Assembly (NCBI RefSeq): GCF_004010195.1
Contig: NC_057720.1
Location: 17,517,558-17,581,557, forward strand
DNA length: 64,000 bases
Reading direction: 5' to 3'
DNA from: Chiloscyllium plagiosum
Lineage: Eukaryota
The notes under the pieces were generated by a model. It saw nothing but the letters and a program-made list of their open reading frames with translations. It ran no database searches and had not been told where the DNA came from. Both the position numbers and the translations under genes were made by a program. Positions within the stretch are counted from its first letter, which is position 1. Every line of letters begins with the position of its first letter. Positions 1 through 11,749 of this stretch are shown in pieces.

Positions 1-295
1 TCTTTCCTGCTCCCTCCCTCCCCATCTCCCTCCCCATCACCCATCATCCTCCTTCCCCGTCACCCTCCCTCCCTATCACCCTGCGCCCTCCCTTCCTGTG
101 TGTTTCTCTAATCCTTCATTCACTGTCTCTCTAGTCCCCCTCCTTCGGCATCACTCTGCAGCTCTGCCTGGGTAACATCCTGCTTCACTGTCACTCTCCT
201 CTCTCCTTCAGCATCTCTACGCCCACCTTCACTGTCGCGCTGTCCCTTCCTTTACTATCTCTACAGTTCCAAGTTCCACCCTCAATTCTGCCACA
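1..295. repeat. Pyrimidine-rich (C/T) low-complexity tract
   Basis: Repeated ccctcc/catcac-type words with very few G over ~290 bp. Confidence 0.6.
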
Positions 296-584
296 ACTTA
301 CCTATGGACCGCCTCAGGATTTTACAGCTGATGTTGACTCTGTTCGTCCAAGTTTTGAGAAAGCTCAGAAAGGGGCTGATGAGAAACCTCTGGTGATGCA
401 AAGAGTAACGAAAACTGGAGAAGAAACCACATCCGCCTCCAGAAATCTGCTGTCACTTCACATCTTTTAAACACAATTTCTTTCCCCCATTCCCAGTGAT
501 TTATTTCCGAATATACTTGGAGTGCGGGGGTCCTGCTGAATTTTAATGCAGAGCCCTATTTAAACTATTCTGTTTCCTGCCTGA

Positions 585-1547
585 CTTTGATTTGATTTAT
601 TATTGTCACATGTAGTGTCAGTTCTTCTAGAGCGATGATTGTGTTCTTGTGCATTCCCGCATTAGAGAAAAATTGCGCTTTAGGAACAGCGCTTAAAGTG
701 TTGGCACTGACAGCGTGTTACAGCCAACACACGTTTTAAATGTTCATGCTGTAGAAACTGCCAAAGCAATTCATCAACTGAGTTACAGCAAATTTGAGTT
801 ATAATAGAATGACAGTGAGAACAGTGTATAGTGAAAAGTATCATTTTGCTTTTTATCCAGGCAAATCATACCTTACATAAGTACATCAGAGTATTAGAAC
901 AGATGCAGAATGCAGTTTTACAGCTACAGAGAATTTGCAGAGAAAGATCAAATCTAATATCTGAGAGGTCTGTTCAAAAGTCTAATAACAGCAGGCAAGA
1001 AGCTGTTCTTAAATCTGTTGGGATGTATTTTCAAACTTCTATATCTTCTGCCCAATAGAGGGTGGACAAAAGTATAACGGAATGGGAAGGGCCTTTGATT
1101 ATGTTGGCTGCTTTCCCAAGGCAGCGGGAAGTATAGACAGAGTCAATAGAAGGAAGGCTTATTGGTGTGATGGACCAGGCTGCATTTACAACTATGTAAT
1201 TTCTTGTGGTCTTGGGCAGAGCAGTTGCCATATCAAGCTGTCATGCATCCGGAAAGGATGCTTTCTATAGTGCATCTGTAAAAACCAGTAAGTGTTATTG
1301 TGGACATGCCAAATTTCCTTAGTCTTCTGAGGAAGTAGAGGTGTTAATGTGCTTTCCCGACTGTAGCATTGATACAGATGGGCCAAAACAGATTGTTGGA
1401 ACTTGAAGCTCCTGACCACCTCCATCTCAGCACCATGGACACAGACAGAGGCATGTTCTCCACTCTGCTTCCTGAAGTCGATGACCAGCTCCTCTGTATT
1501 GCTGACATTGAGGGAAAGATTGTTTTCTTTACACCATGTCATCAGGT
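585..1547 (-). mobile_element. Rex1/Babar-type non-LTR retrotransposon, 3' fragment, interrupted by a MITE-like insert at ~614-817
   Basis: Minus-strand ORF 1192-1554 reads WCKENNLSLNVSNTEELVIDFRKQ...EVVRSFKF, typical of the Rex1 RT C-terminal region. An (aaatc)n-type tail lies at ~585-610. Confidence 0.75.
614..817. mobile_element. Putative non-autonomous DNA transposon (MITE, pogo/Tigger-like)
   Basis: Degenerate inverted termini (gtcagttcttcta ... tagaatgac); splits the Rex1 3' UTR. Confidence 0.4.
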
Positions 1548-1647
1548 AAAGCACGCACCTGGTGGATCTGACCTTTCACTGCCAAGAAAACTGTCCTTTA
1601 GCTGCTCGTTCGAAATGGCTCAGAGAACCTTTGGTATGAAATCTTAG

Positions 1648-1741
1648 TTATAGAGTCATAGAAATGTACAGCACAGAAACAGACCCTTCGGTCCAACCCG
1701 TCCATGCCGACCAGATATCCCAACCCAATGTAGTCCCACCA
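1648..1741 (-). mobile_element. CR1/HER1-like LINE 3' tip
   Basis: Same tagagtcataga...acagacccttcggtccaacccgtccatgccgacc tail as the copies at 12985 and 37936. Confidence 0.75.
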
Positions 1742-2842
1742 AATACAGGATTAACTCTCCAGAACGGACTACTGAATACACCATGGTCAAAACTCACTAA
1801 CACCATGGTTAAATTGGAAGTTGGCATGTTTACTGTGGATTTGCATCAGATTTCACAGATTGGTATGAGTCACCAACAACACTTTCTCCCACCAAGCCCC
1901 AACCCCAACCTGATTCTCTCCATCATATACCTTTGAATTTAGATTTCTATCCATGTGAATCAGGTGCTCTGCATTTTCTCTCCAATAATAATTTCACAAT
2001 AATTGTAGCTTCTGGACAACTTTACTTTTAGCAATATTTTGTACAGAATAGCTGTGCAGGGATCTGAATTTCTTTTCCCTCCAATCAGCCTATTAATATG
2101 CTTCCTGCAATCCCACAATGCTCTGCGTTTGACCTTGTACCATCTCTTTCCGTATTTAAATATGGGTCACAACCTCATTTAGCTTTTTAAAATCAAGCAT
2201 TTTAAAAACCATTTGAAATTCTTAGAAGTTGAATATCTATAAAATCTTTGGTGGAATTGTCAACAAATTTACTCTCTCATTTTCACTTACTCTCTCTAGT
2301 ACTGAATTCATGTATTAATTCAGCAGATTGCAACAGAAAGTAGAAGGAATGGTGTGCAGCCAGCACATTTAAGATTTCAGTGGCTCAATTGAGAATTGGG
2401 TCGAAGGGCGAGCAATTAATACAGTAAATGAACCAATGTAACTTGTATTCCGCTAAGTTTCCATGGCATAGGTCTAGTACTGATTATTTATTTACCTTTG
2501 CATCTGTAAACGCTGCGGTGCAAAGGGGATAAAAAAACCTTTCAGACAAAAATGCTGTTTATTTATTTGACTTAAAAAATGTCCCTGGACGTGTGCAATC
2601 CTGACAAGGAATGAATGGGTGTGTGCTGTGGGACTTTTCTTAAATGTAGGCTAAGCTAAGTTAGATTGGCAAGTTTCCATCCCCGTAGGAAATTAGTAAA
2701 TTACTTAGTTTTCATCAAACCACAATTTTCATTCAGCTTCTGCCAGTTCAGAAATAACTTTGTGGAATTAAAATTAATGTTCTTTGGATTGTTCATACAG
2801 TATTAGCCATTATACGCCTCTATATTACACCTCACAGAGTCT

Positions 2843-3310
2843 TAGATTCATACAGTGCAGAAAAGCCCCTTCGGACCATCAAGTCTGCACTAATATAACT
2901 ACCACCAAGAGTGATCTCAATTTCCTGCACTTGTCCCATATCTTGAATGTTATGATAATTGATGTAATCATCCAAATACTTTTAAAGGTTGTAAAATTTC
3001 CAGCCTCCACGACCTTCCCAGAATGCATTCCAGCTTCCCACCACCTGCTGAATGAAAAATTTGTTTTCTTCATCCCCTCTGAATCTCTTGCCAACTTGTG
3101 ACTGACCCCTCAACCAAGGGTAACAGCTGCTCTCCATTCACCCTGTCCATACTCTCATAATCTTATACACCTCAATCATATCCTCCCTCAGTCTTCTCTG
3201 CTCTAAAGAAAACAGTCCAAGCCTATCGAGTCTCTCCTCATAGCACAATTTCTCCATCCCAGGTACCATCCTGGTGAACCTCCTATATAACCCTCTCTAG
3301 TGTTATCACC
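2843..3310 (-). mobile_element. Old CR1 LINE 3' fragment
   Basis: Degenerate CR1 ORF2 C-terminus (…VVEAGNFTTFK…) and 3' tail on the minus strand. Confidence 0.65.
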
Positions 3311-4125
3311 TCTCTTTACAACAGTAATATAAACTTCAACCAGTCCCCTTGAGAATAGAATATGATCGGTGTACATAGGTGCACCAGGATGTTTGCCTGA
3401 AAATTAATTACTTTGATTTGAACTGTAACCCTTAATAAGAACATGTTTTAAAACAAGGGGATGCAGTGGCCTATAAATCTCTCGAGGTCAGTTAGTTGTC
3501 TAGGGACCAAGGTTTTGATTCCCACACAGCAGATGGTGGAATTTCTATTCAAAAAATTTGGAATTAAAGGCATTTTTGATCTTGTTCACTAAAGTCTTTT
3601 ATGGAAAGAAATTTGCCATCCTTAACAGGTACAGCACACATGTGACCCACAGCAATATGGCTGCCCTATGCAGTTGCCCTCACAAACATTCAGTTGTTTC
3701 TTGCTGTTACTAAGTTTCAAAGGAATGGAATTGAATAGACTACCCAGAATTGACCTCAGCATTGTAAACAATAATGGCAAACATAGCCCTATTGACCCTG
3801 CACAGTCCTCCTTACCAACATCAGGGCTTCTCTGTGGGAAGCTAGAGAAGTGATTCCTGGGCCTCTTGCTGAGATATTTGTATCATCGATAGTCACAGAT
3901 GAGGTGCCGGAAGACTGGAGGTTGGCTAATGTGGTGCCACTGTTTAAGAAGGGCGGTAAAGACAAGCCGAGGTCAGCCAAGGTGAGCCTGACCTCGGTGG
4001 TGGGAAAGTTGTTGGAGGGAATCCTGAGGGACAGGATGTACATGTATTTGGAAAGGCAAGGACTGATTTGGGATAGTCAATATGGCTTTGTACGTGGGAA
4101 ATCATGTCTCACAAACTTGATTGAG

Positions 4126-4934
4126 NNNNNNNNNNNNNNNNNNNNNNNNNNNNNNNNNNNNNNNNNNNNNNNNNNNNNNNNNNNNNNNNNNNNNNNNNNN
4201 NNNNNNNNNNNNNNNNNNNNNNNNNNNNNNNNNNNNNNNNNNNNNNNNNNNNNNNNNNNNNNNNNNNNNNNNNNNNNNNNNNNNNNNNNNNNNNNNNNNN
4301 NNNNNNNNNNNNNNNNNNNNNNNNNNNNNNNNNNNNNNNNNNNNNNNNNNNNNNNNNNNNNNNNNNNNNNNNNNNNNNNNNNNNNNNNNNNNNNNNNNNN
4401 NNNNNNNNNNNNNNNNNNNNNNNNNNNNNNNNNNNNNNNNNNNNNNNNNNNNNNNNNNNNNNNNNNNNNNNNNNNNNNNNNNNNNNNNNNNNNNNNNNNN
4501 NNNNNNNNNNNNNNNNNNNNNNNNNNNNNNNNNNNNNNNNNNNNNNNNNNNNNNNNNNNNNNNNNNNNNNNNNNNNNNNNNNNNNNNNNNNNNNNNNNNN
4601 NNNNNNNNNNNNNNNNNNNNNNNNNNNNNNNNNNNNNNNNNNNNNNNNNNNNNNNNNNNNNNNNNNNNNNNNNNNNNNNNNNNNNNNNNNNNNNNNNNNN
4701 NNNNNNNNNNNNNNNNNNNNNNNNNNNNNNNNNNNNNNNNNNNNNNNNNNNNNNNNNNNNNNNNNNNNNNNNNNNNNNNNNNNNNNNNNNNNNNNNNNNN
4801 NNNNNNNNNNNNNNNNNNNNNNNNNNNNNNNNNNNNNNNNNNNNNNNNNNNNNNNNNNNNNNNNNNNNNNNNNNNNNNNNNNNNNNNNNNNNNNNNNNNN
4901 NNNNNNNNNNNNNNNNNNNNNNNNNNNNNNNNNN
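4126..4934. other. Assembly gap (N run)
   Basis: Run of n. Confidence 0.99.
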
Positions 4935-5140
4935 CTCCCCGTGTCTGCGTGGGTTTCCTCCGGGTGCTCCGGTTTCCTCCCACAGTCCAAAGATGTGCAG
5001 GTCAGGTGAATTGGCCATGTTAAATTGTCCGTAGTGTTAGGTAAGGGGTAAATGTAGGGGTATGGGTGGTTTGCGCTTCGGCGGGTCGGTGTGGACTTGT
5101 TGGGCCGGAGGGCCTGTTTCCACACTGTAAAGTAATCTAG
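4935..5140 (+). mobile_element. V-SINE/HE1-type tRNA-derived SINE, 3' part
   Basis: V-domain text (gtgtctgcgtgggtttcctccgggtgctccggtttcctcccacagtccaaaga) and CR1-like tail; near-identical to 57025-57346. Confidence 0.85.
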
Positions 5141-7921
5141 AGGGCATAGGTTTAGGGTGAGAGGGGAAAGATATAAAAGAGACCTTTGGGGCAACGTTTT
5201 CACGCAGAGTGTGGTACGTGTATGGAATGAGCTGCCAGAGGATGTGGTGGAGGCTGGTACAATTGCAACATTTAGGAGGCATTTGGATGGGTATATGAAT
5301 AGAAAGGGTTTGGAGGGATATGGGCCAGGTGCCGGCTTGTGGGACTAGATTGGGTTGGGATATCTGGTCAGCATGGACGGGTTGGACCGAAGGGTCTGTT
5401 TCCATGCTGTACATCTCGATGACTCTATGACTCTACTACCAAAACTGGGAGAGCTGTCTCGCTGACTAGTCAAGCAACAGCCTGACATTGTCATACTTAC
5501 AGAATCATACTTAGGGTTAAATGTCCCAGATACATCCCTCATCAGAGGTTGTGGCCAGTGGTTTATAGCTACCCGTGGAGACCCCTACATTGATTCTGGA
5601 CTCCATGAAATCTCATGGCATCCAGTCAAATATGAGCAAGGAAACCTCCTATGGATTGCCAGGTACTGTCCTCCTTCAGATGATGAATCAGTACTCCTGC
5701 ATGTTGGACAACTCTTGGAAGAACCACTGAGGTTAGAAAGGATGCAGAATGAACTCTGAATGGAGGGTTTGAATCTCATTATTAACAGTGGCTTGGCAGC
5801 AGCACCACTGTTGGAACTGTTCAACTCCAAAAGAACATTGCTGCTGTACTGGGTCAGGGAACCAACAAGAGGGAAAGACATACTTGACGTCATCCTTACC
5901 AACCTGTCTGCTGCATGACAATACTGGTAAGAGTGACCACTCCTTAAAGAAACAAACTCTCATCTTGGCATTGAAAATACCTTGGATTTTATTGTTTGGC
6001 AATATCACCATGCTAAATGGGACAGACTTCAGAGCAGATCTAGGTTTCATGGGCCATCAACAGTAGCAGAATTGTACTCCAACACAATCTGTAACTTCCT
6101 GGCCAGGCATACCCCCCACTCAATTATTACCATCAATCCAGGGACTCAACCTTGGTTCAATGGAGAAGGCAAGAGGGCATGCCAGGAGTAGCACCAGGCA
6201 TACCTAAAAATGAGGTGTCAATCTGATGAAATTACTTGTGAGCCAAACAGCATAAGAGCAAGTGATAGACAGAGATAAGAGATTCCAGTGGATCAGACAT
6301 AAGCTTTGCGCATTGAGTTTGGAACTGTGGTGGAGAATTAAACTATTCACTGGAGGAGGGAGTTCAACAAATACCGTCATCCACAATGATAAAGCTGAAA
6401 GATTTAGATCTTCAGCATCTAAAGCATCTTCAGCTGGAAGTGCCAAGTAAGTGATCCATCTCAGCCTCCTTTAGTGGTCCCCACCATTACAGTCTTCAGC
6501 CAATTCAATTCACTCCATGAAATAGCAAGTAAAGCTGAAGGCCCTGGATATTGCAAAGACCATGGGCCCTGACAATATATCAGAAACAGTACAAAAGATT
6601 TGCACTACAGAACTTGCTGCACCCCTGGTCAAACTGTTCCATTTTCACTATAACAGTGGCATGTGCCTGGCAATGTGGAATATTGTCCAGTTATGTCCTG
6701 TATACAAATAGTGGGACTTAATTAACAATAATTCACTTACTAATATATTTGACCAAGTGTTGCATATAAGAGCCCTAGCAAAATGAGTCAGTGGGAATCA
6801 GAGGAAAACATTTCGCTGGTTGAAGTCATACCTGGCACATAGGAAGATGGTCGTGGTTGTTGGATGTCAGTCATTTCAGCTCCAGGGCAACTCTGCAGGA
6901 GACCCTCAGGATAGTGTCCTAGGTCCAACCAGCTGCTTCATTAATGACATTCCCTCCATAATAAGTTCAGAAGTGGATGTGTTTGATAATTGCACAATAT
7001 TCAGCACCATTTACAACTCGTCAGATACTGAAGTCGTCCATGTTCAAATGTAGTAAGATCTGGGACAATATCCAGGTTTGGGATGACCAGTGGCTAGTAA
7101 AATGTGTGCCACACAAATGCAAGGCAATGACCATCTTCAACAAGAAACAATCTAACCACTGTGCCTTGAATTTCAATGACATCATCATCACTGAATCCCC
7201 CAATATCATGGAAACATGGGTTGAATCTTAAAGCGGCCTGAGAAAAATGGGCTTTGTCAAGATTTGCAGCAGATTCACATGAGAAGTCAGACGAGGTCTT
7301 TCACTATATCAGGAGCAACTTGATTCATTCAAGTCTCACCTCATTAATCTTCAACTACCTTTTTTACCAAACATACTAAGAATACTCGACATGGGAGTTT
7401 GAGCAGGTACTTGGCAATTTCAGCTCATCACTCGCTCTATAGATCTCCATTTTGGACATCGGGTGCCAACATCTCATTGCATGCTCTGAGGGCACTGACC
7501 GCAAGCACAACCCGTGTCCTTGGACATTGGCACCTGACTATTGCCAGCCTTTAAGAACCCTCATGGCATGTCAGTTACAGCACACTTCTGAACCTCAACA
7601 GCTGCACAGATAATAACAAGACTGTCATTCTAACACTGCTGCAAGGACACTGTGTGCTCAGGGACACACACATGTCTAGCACATGAACTGGACCAGGCTT
7701 CATGTCTGGCCTGTTCACTCACCATCATGTTGCTCGTTAACTCTGAGTCTACCTGGGTGTTGACAGCATCCCTGCCTGTCTTGCTTTTTTGCCACCTCAT
7801 GGTCCTCCTGTATTACTGTGCTGCTTAAAGCATACACAAAGGAAGGAAGCTTGTCATGGCTGTCAGCAGGCCTCAGTTAAGACAAGAGAGATAGCGTGGG
7901 TGCAGGAGCTCTGCCATTGTA

Positions 7922-8260
7922 ACTGAAAATGTGTTGCTGGAAAAGCGCAGCAGGTCAGGCAGCATCCAAGTAACAGGAGAATCGACACTTCGGGCATAAG
8001 CCCTTCCCCGAAATGTCGATTCTCTTGTTCCTTGGATGCTGCCTGACCTGCTGTGCTTTTCCAGCAACATATTTTCAGCTCTGATCTCCAGCATCTGCAG
8101 TCCTCACTTTCTCCTCTGGCATTGTAAGTCAAGGGCAAACGCTGAACAGGAGAATCAATGTTTCGGGCAAAATTCCTGATGCTCTTGCCCGAAACATCAA
8201 TTTTCCTGCTCCTCGGATGCTGCCTGACCTGCTGTGCTTATCCAGCACCACACATTCGAC
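7922..8260. mobile_element. Penelope-like terminal-repeat fragments in inverted pairs
   Basis: 7922-8004 is the reverse complement of part of 8006-8116; a second short inverted pair lies at 8145-8260. Confidence 0.75.
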
Positions 8261-9886
8261 TCATTTTTCATTAATATGTGTTGTTTTCCTCCTGGAATGA
8301 GAGAGAGAAAGAGAGAAAGGCAGGATTAAGGGAGATGACAGTGGGTAGCACAGCTGTTTTGATGCATGTGGAGAGGTGTCCCGGGCAAGTAAATAGACAG
8401 CACAGGGACATGCAGGGTTTGTGATAAAAAGGATTGGGGCAGTGGATAGTGGATGGGAGAAGATATTGTAGGGAATAGTGAGGGGGATAGAATATGTGCC
8501 ATGATGGGAATGGGCAGTAGCAGAGATAGATTGAGTGTGAGGTAACAGAGAGAAGATGGTGGCACCTACAGTGACAGAGTGGAGATTGATCTTCTTCCTG
8601 AAGTGCTGTGCATTCCTCCAGATGGCTGAGACAGATTTAACCCCAAAAATAACCAAAAGAACTGCAGATGCTAGAAATCAGAAGCAAAACAGAAATTGCT
8701 GGATAAGCTCAACAGGTCTGGCAGCACCTGTGGAGAGAAATCAGTTAGCATTTCAGGTCCAGTCACCCTTCTTCAGAATTGATGGTAGCTAGGAAAAGTT
8801 TTTTTTTATGTAGAAGATAGGTTAGAGGGAGGGGGGTAAGGAGTTAACAATAGATGGAGATGGAGCCCAAAGAGAGAGAAGAACAGATGGACAGACAAAG
8901 CAGTGGATAATGATCAGCCCAGGAGAATGAATAGCGCAAATGGGAAATATTCATGACTAACAATGGGTTGTGTATAATAGCAGAACGTGTAATAACAAGG
9001 CTTGGTGTGTGGGGTTGGGATAAGGAGATGGAAGAAGATGTCTCAAGCTCTAAAATTGGTGGACTCAATATTGAGTCCAGAAGGTTGTAGAGTTCGCAAG
9101 CAGAAAATGAGTTGCTGCTCTTCCAGCTTGCACTGAGCTTTGCTGGAGCACTGCAGCAAGCCTGAGGCAGAGATATTGACCAGAGAATGAAATGATATGG
9201 TAAAGTGGCAGGCAAATGGGAACTCAGGGTCTTTTTTACATTCAGAATGTAGGTGTGCTACAAAGCAGTGACCCAGTCTATGTTTTATTTCCCACATGTA
9301 GAGGGGACCACACTGCGAGCAGTGAATGCAGTAGACCAGATTGTGTGCAAGTAAAGTGCTGCTTCACCTGGCAGATGTGTCTGGGTTGAAACTTTATTGC
9401 TGGAACAGCACAGCAGGTCAGGCAGCATCCAGGGAACAGGAGATTCGACGTTTCGGGCACAGGACCTTGGAAGCAGCACCCATTCAGGATAGGGGAAAAT
9501 AAACGGGCAGGTGTTACATCTTCTGTATTTGCAGGGGAAAGTGCTGTGAGGGGTGTGTTGGGTATGAAGGAGGAGGGGACCAGGGTTTCCCTGACGGAAC
9601 GGTTCCTGCTGACAAGGGAGGGGAGGGGAATTTGTGTCTGGTGTTGGTATCTCACTGCAGGTGGCACAAATGGCGGCTAATGATGCTCTGGGTGTATATG
9701 CTGGTGGGATGGTAGCTGAGGACAATGGAGACTCTATTCCTGCATGGGAGGGGATGAGGGCGGAAGTGCAGGAAATGGGTCGGGTCTGGCTGAGGGCCAT
9801 GTCAATTATAGTTCTGGGGAATCCTCGGGTGAGGAAGAAGGTGGACATTTTGGAGTTGGCATGATCAGAAGAAATGGAACAGCGAC

Positions 9887-11749
9887 TGAAATGAACTGCA
9901 TAGAGGCCAGTATCCCATCACCAAGTCACCCTTTATTTGCTTGTGTGCAGTATACTGGCTATGAACAGCCAGCTCGGAGTCAGTCTCCCCTGACCTAAGA
10001 AGATTCTAAATCCCCTGTTTATACTTTCTTTCTCTTTTTTTTACAATAGCTGTGTGGCCAGGTAGCCCAGGAATCAGTTACCAAAAAACCACAGTAACAT
10101 ATTGGCTCTGTGACCAGCCAGCTCTGAGTTAGTCTCCCCTGAACTGAGGAGATTCTAAATTCCCTATTTATATATTTTTGTAAGGAAGGCAATACCTCTG
10201 GTTAAAGGAACCTTTCCCCACAGTGCACTGGCAATGGCCAACCAGCTCATTGTCAGTCCTCAACTGAGGAGAGTCTAATCTCCAGGGTTTTTTTGTGCCC
10301 CCACTGCCATACAGCAGTAGTGATCACATTCCTCACCACCCATGTTTGTGTGTGCACAGGTGTAAGATACAGTGAAAAACACCGAATGAAAGTAATTTTA
10401 TTAACATTTCACCACCAGAAAAGACACCCATATGGCCAATGAACCAGTGACAAGCAAAGCCCAGAGCAAGCAATGCATACAAGAAAAAATGTGAGGGGGA
10501 GACCAGATTCTATATCAAAATAAAACTGGAGGGGAAAATAAAGCTCTCCATTCTCCACAGTGCCTACCTCTTCCCCGTTTATATATTTTTTTCAGCACAG
10601 AGTCAGTCCCCTTAACTGAGGAGATTCTAAATCTAATGGCTGTATTTGTCCCCCACACTACCACCAACTGCGGTAGTTCCCCGGTGATATATATATTTTT
10701 TTTTTCTTCTTCTTCTTCTCCCTCCTCACAGTACACTGGCTGTGGCCAGCCAGCTCAGAGTCAGTCCCCAACTGAGCAGATTTTAATCTCCTGGTTTTTT
10801 AAAAAAATTAATGAAATGGTACAAAATACAAATAGTTAACAATAAACAACGGTTCACATGGGAAAGGGGCAGCAAGCGTCAAGGGCCACCATGTAACAGG
10901 TTAACAAGGAAGTGAGGTTCCCCGTTTATATTTTGTCATTTTTTTAGTTTTTGTTTCTTTTGGCCAAGCCCAGGAGCAGACCCACGAGGAGGTCCTCTGA
11001 CCTGCCCTGAGACTTGTTTTCTTTTCCTTTATACCCCCACTCTACCTCCTAACTGCGGTAGTGCTTATATTTCCCCAGCAGTCATGGTGTGTGTGCAGGT
11101 GTGAGACACAGTGAGAGACACAAGGTGCACGAACCTTTATTCAAATTTCCACCACCAGGAAGAAAGGAAACACCCGAGTGGCCAGTGACAAGCAGTGCCC
11201 TTCACATCAAAGGGCAATGCCGTGTGATCAAAACAGTGAAGGGGAGGGCAGGGATTAAATCAAAATAGAGTTGGAGGGGGAAATAATGCACTCCACTCCC
11301 TGCGGCACCCACCTCTCCCTGAACAACTCCAGGATGTCGGTGGAGACCGCGTGCTCCTTCTCCAAGGACACGCGGGCTCTAACGTAACCGCGGAAGAGGG
11401 GCAGGCAGTCGGCCCTAACGACCCCCTCCTCGGCCCGCTGCCTCGACCTGTTTATGGCCAGTTTGGTCAGGCCCAGGAGCAGACCCACAAGGAGGTCTTC
11501 AGAACTGCCTTCCCCACCCCCCACTCCTCCCTCCACCCCCCTCCTCTGTTTATTTTTTTTTTCTTTTTTTCTTTTTTTGGAGCAGACCCACAAGGAGGTC
11601 TTCAGAACTGCCTTCCCCACCCCCCACTCCTCCCTCCACCCCCCTCCCCTGTTTATATTGGTCAGCCATTGCCTCCTGATTGGCCCAGGTTAACAACCCC
11701 AATCAAGGACCTCATAATCAACAAGGTCTACCTGGTTCCAATCACTACA
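9887..11749 (-). mobile_element. Solo LTR (TG…CA) expanded by serial insertions at its TATA box
   Basis: Minus strand starts TGTAGTGATTGG (11749), has CCAAT boxes, TATAAACAGGGGA (11645-11657) and AATAAA (~9932-9937), and ends …ATTTCA (9887). Confidence 0.7.
11030..11541 (-). mobile_element. Tx1-clade (L1-group) LINE 3' end: ORF2 C-terminus plus 3' UTR
   Basis: EDLLVGLLLGLTKLAINRSRQRA.EGVVRADCLPLFRGYVRARVSLEKEHAVST…WVPQGVECIISPSNSILI*, stop at 11255-11257. A related older 3' UTR copy lies at ~10295-10570. Confidence 0.7.

Larger units (their letters stand above)
3829..5434 (+). mobile_element. Young CR1/HER1-like LINE, 5'-truncated, spanning an assembly gap
   Basis: PLAEIFVSS…VPEDWRLANVVPLFKKG…SQYGFVRGKSCLTNLIE, then the C-terminus VVRVWNELPEDVVEAGTI and a (gactctat)n tail. 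Confidence 0.9.
3460..7210 (+). mobile_element. Old CR1/L2-group LINE with a Deu-SINE-like 5' head (3460-3828, continuing at 5436-7210), interrupted by a younger CR1
   Basis: Decayed AP-endonuclease start (LGELS.LVKQQPDIVILTESY) at 5440-5510 and RT motifs (SYLAHRKMVVVVG…PQDSVLGP…FIND) at 6820-7050. Homologous to the copy at 45530-47815. Confidence 0.65.

Noticed and set aside
3850..5203. Long ORFs of 290-400 aa in the ORF track (also 55772-57074, 13648-14334, 42934-43873)
   Set aside because: Their length comes from translating N gaps; the real parts are CR1, Penelope or SINE fragments.
9950..10800. Repeat-spacer appearance reminiscent of a CRISPR array
   Set aside because: Eukaryotic context, long diverged repeats, irregular A-tailed spacers and no cas genes; better explained by serial retro-insertions.
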